Both the position numbers and the translations under genes were made by a program. Under the pieces are notes generated by a model, which was not told the DNA's origin, did no database searches, and saw nothing but the letters and a program-made list of their open reading frames with translations. This document shows positions 55,049 through 56,495 of a DNA stretch of 56,495 bases, piece after piece. The stretch's first letter is position 1, and each line of letters begins with the position of its first letter. The stretch is from assembly GCA_964392345.1 (NCBI GenBank), contig CAYMPQ010000002.1, positions 1 through 56,495 on the forward strand, written 5' to 3'. This DNA is from an uncultured Actinomycetota bacterium (lineage in GTDB: Bacteria > Actinomycetota > Humimicrobiia > Humimicrobiales > Humimicrobiaceae).

Positions 55049-56083
55049 TCAATGAAATGAAACTATTACTTCAGTTCCCTTACCTAGCTCACTATTAATT
55101 TTAATAGTACCTTTATGAAAATCTAAAATTTCTTTTACGATAGAAAGACCCAAACCAGAGCCCTCTTCATAAATACTTCTGGCTTTATCTACTTTATAGA
55201 ACCTTTCAAAGATATGTTTTTGCTCATTTAAAGTAATCCCTATACCTGTATCTTTTATGGTCAAGACAATAGTGTGTTTAATCTTTTTTAACGACAACAG
55301 CACTTCTCCGTTCTTTTTATTATAATCAATTGCATTTTTTAAAAGATTAGCAACAAGGCGATTTATTTGATTAGCATTTCCCATTATATAAAGTGCTTTT
55401 TTTATATCTTCATTTAGACTTACCCCTTTATTATTGGCGTATATTTGAATTGATTTAATCTGATTTGAACAAATAGAAGAAAGATTTATTTTATTTTGGA
55501 TCTTTTCTGGTTTTGCTGAATCACTACGAGCCAGAAAGAGCAGATCATTTGACATATTTATTAATTTGTCTACCTCCTCTAGTAGATCTTCATTAAGGTC
55601 CTTATAGTCTTTTAAGGTTTGATTTTTTTCTATAGCCGATGTTTCAATACCCGTCTTCATTATCGATAATGGAGTCCTCAGTTCATGTGCGGAGTCTGAA
55701 ATAAATCTTTTTTGCTCGTCCAGAGATTTCTTAATTGGTTGCAGGGTTTTTCCTGCTAAAAAGTAGGCCAGTCCAGATATGATCAAAATGATTCCAATAT
55801 CGGTAAAAATCAAAACCAATTTCAAGCGGTTTATAGCATTACTTAAGATTATATCTTGTGAGTTTTCTTCAATGTCCGAATAGTTTTCTTCTTCAAATTC
55901 AAAATTACTGGAAATATTATTAACAAATAGAGTATACAACATAATACTAAATACGATAATCACAATGAGGAGGGTAGCTATATAAAAGGAAGTCAGTTTT
56001 AACTTTGCCCTAAAAAAAGTATTATTCCTTAAATTTGTAACCCAATCCACGAATGGTCTCAATATATTTTCCATTTTTATCAT
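55049..56083 (-). CDS. Sensor histidine kinase (HisKA plus HATPase_c)
   Basis: Two TM segments, the H-box SDSAHELRTPLS, the N-box LLKNAIDYN, and G-boxes DTGIGI and GSGLGLSIV. The annotated start overlaps the response regulator gene by 62 nt, so the true start may be further downstream. Confidence 0.85.
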   Translation of the reverse strand: MIKMENILRPFVDWVTNLRNNTFFRAKLKLTSFYIATLLIVIIVFSIMLYTLFVNNISSNFEFEEENYSDIEENSQDIILSNAINRLKLVLIFTDIGIILIISGLAYFLAGKTLQPIKKSLDEQKRFISDSAHELRTPLSIMKTGIETSAIEKNQTLKDYKDLNEDLLEEVDKLINMSNDLLFLARSDSAKPEKIQNKINLSSICSNQIKSIQIYANNKGVSLNEDIKKALYIMGNANQINRLVANLLKNAIDYNKKNGEVLLSLKKIKHTIVLTIKDTGIGITLNEQKHIFERFYKVDKARSIYEEGSGLGLSIVKEILDFHKGTIKINSELGKGTEVIVSFH

Positions 56084-56495
56084 CCATTTTTTTTCTTAGT
56101 CGTTTTATATATACATCTACAATATTACTGAATGAGTCATATGCAAAATCCCAGCAATGATCAATTAGTTGTTCCCTATTTAATACCCTACCCTTATTGC
56201 GTAACAAATATTCCAATACCGAATACTCTTTAAGGGTAAGATTTAATATTTTGCTACCTTTTCTGACCTGTAGTGTTGCGTTATCAATTGATATGTCCTG
56301 GCCCTTTAATATCTCAGAGTCTTTATCAGGTGGACGCCTGAGTAATGCTCTTATCCTTGCCAGAAGTTCACCAAAAGCAAATGGTTTAATAAGATAGTCA
56401 TCTGCTCCACTGTCAAGCCCTTTGATTCTATCATCAATCCCATCCCTGGCAGTAAGCATCAGTATGGGAGTATTTATATTACTTTTACGTAATAT
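56022..56495 (-). CDS. OmpR-family response regulator; the N-terminus runs off the right edge
   Basis: The reverse strand at the window edge reads ...ILRKSNINTPILMLTARDG (end of the receiver domain). This is followed by a winged-helix output domain (LTLKEYSVLEYLLRN.GRVLNREQL...YIKRLRKK...IETIRGLGYKF). Confidence 0.85.
   Translation of the reverse strand: MLRKSNINTPILMLTARDGIDDRIKGLDSGADDYLIKPFAFGELLARIRALLRRPPDKDSEILKGQDISIDNATLQVRKGSKILNLTLKEYSVLEYLLRNKGRVLNREQLIDHCWDFAYDSFSNIVDVYIKRLRKKMDDKNGKYIETIRGLGYKFKE

Overview
This is a low-GC bacterial chromosome segment. Its gene order resembles the Bacillus yqe/yqf region (dnaJ-rsmE-mtaB ... phoH-pgpH-ybeY ... recO-glyQS-ppdK-dnaG-sigA). About 46 kb is housekeeping: an etfBA plus FAD-oxidase cluster, tsaEBD, groESL with a CIRCE operator, plsY, guaB3-like/guaA, chorismate mutase plus DAHP synthase, pcrA, a TPP-riboswitch-controlled thiN-ykoEDC thiamine salvage operon, hrcA-dnaJ and others. 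Two small mobile or accessory insertions lie between groEL and plsY. One is a complete IS with 16-bp inverted repeats, a 7-bp target duplication and a transposase split at an A7 run. The other is an MNT/HEPN toxin-antitoxin cassette bracketed by perfect 40-bp direct repeats, with a frameshifted HEPN toxin. The most interesting part starts right after tRNA-Asn (45950-46024). A roughly 9-kb accessory island (46025-55023) is closed by a partial copy of the tRNA 3' end and contains no integrase. Its first 4.7 kb is visibly far more AT-rich than the rest of the window. That stretch carries three orphan genes without Shine-Dalgarno sites: a protein with a C-terminal HEPN-like RNxxxH motif, a protein with a clear C-terminal Cap12/PycTIR-type TIR-like domain and an unknown N-terminal domain, and a 359-aa protein with no recognisable motifs. 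The last gene sits as a single-gene cassette between about 62-nt direct repeats. A family of tRNA-3'-end-like repeats (GGTTCGAA...GGGGA.CCA) occurs only in this island, as three nested direct-repeat pairs. I consider this locus the best candidate for an uncharacterised defence system. All function calls rest on motif recognition by eye; no database search or GC computation was run.
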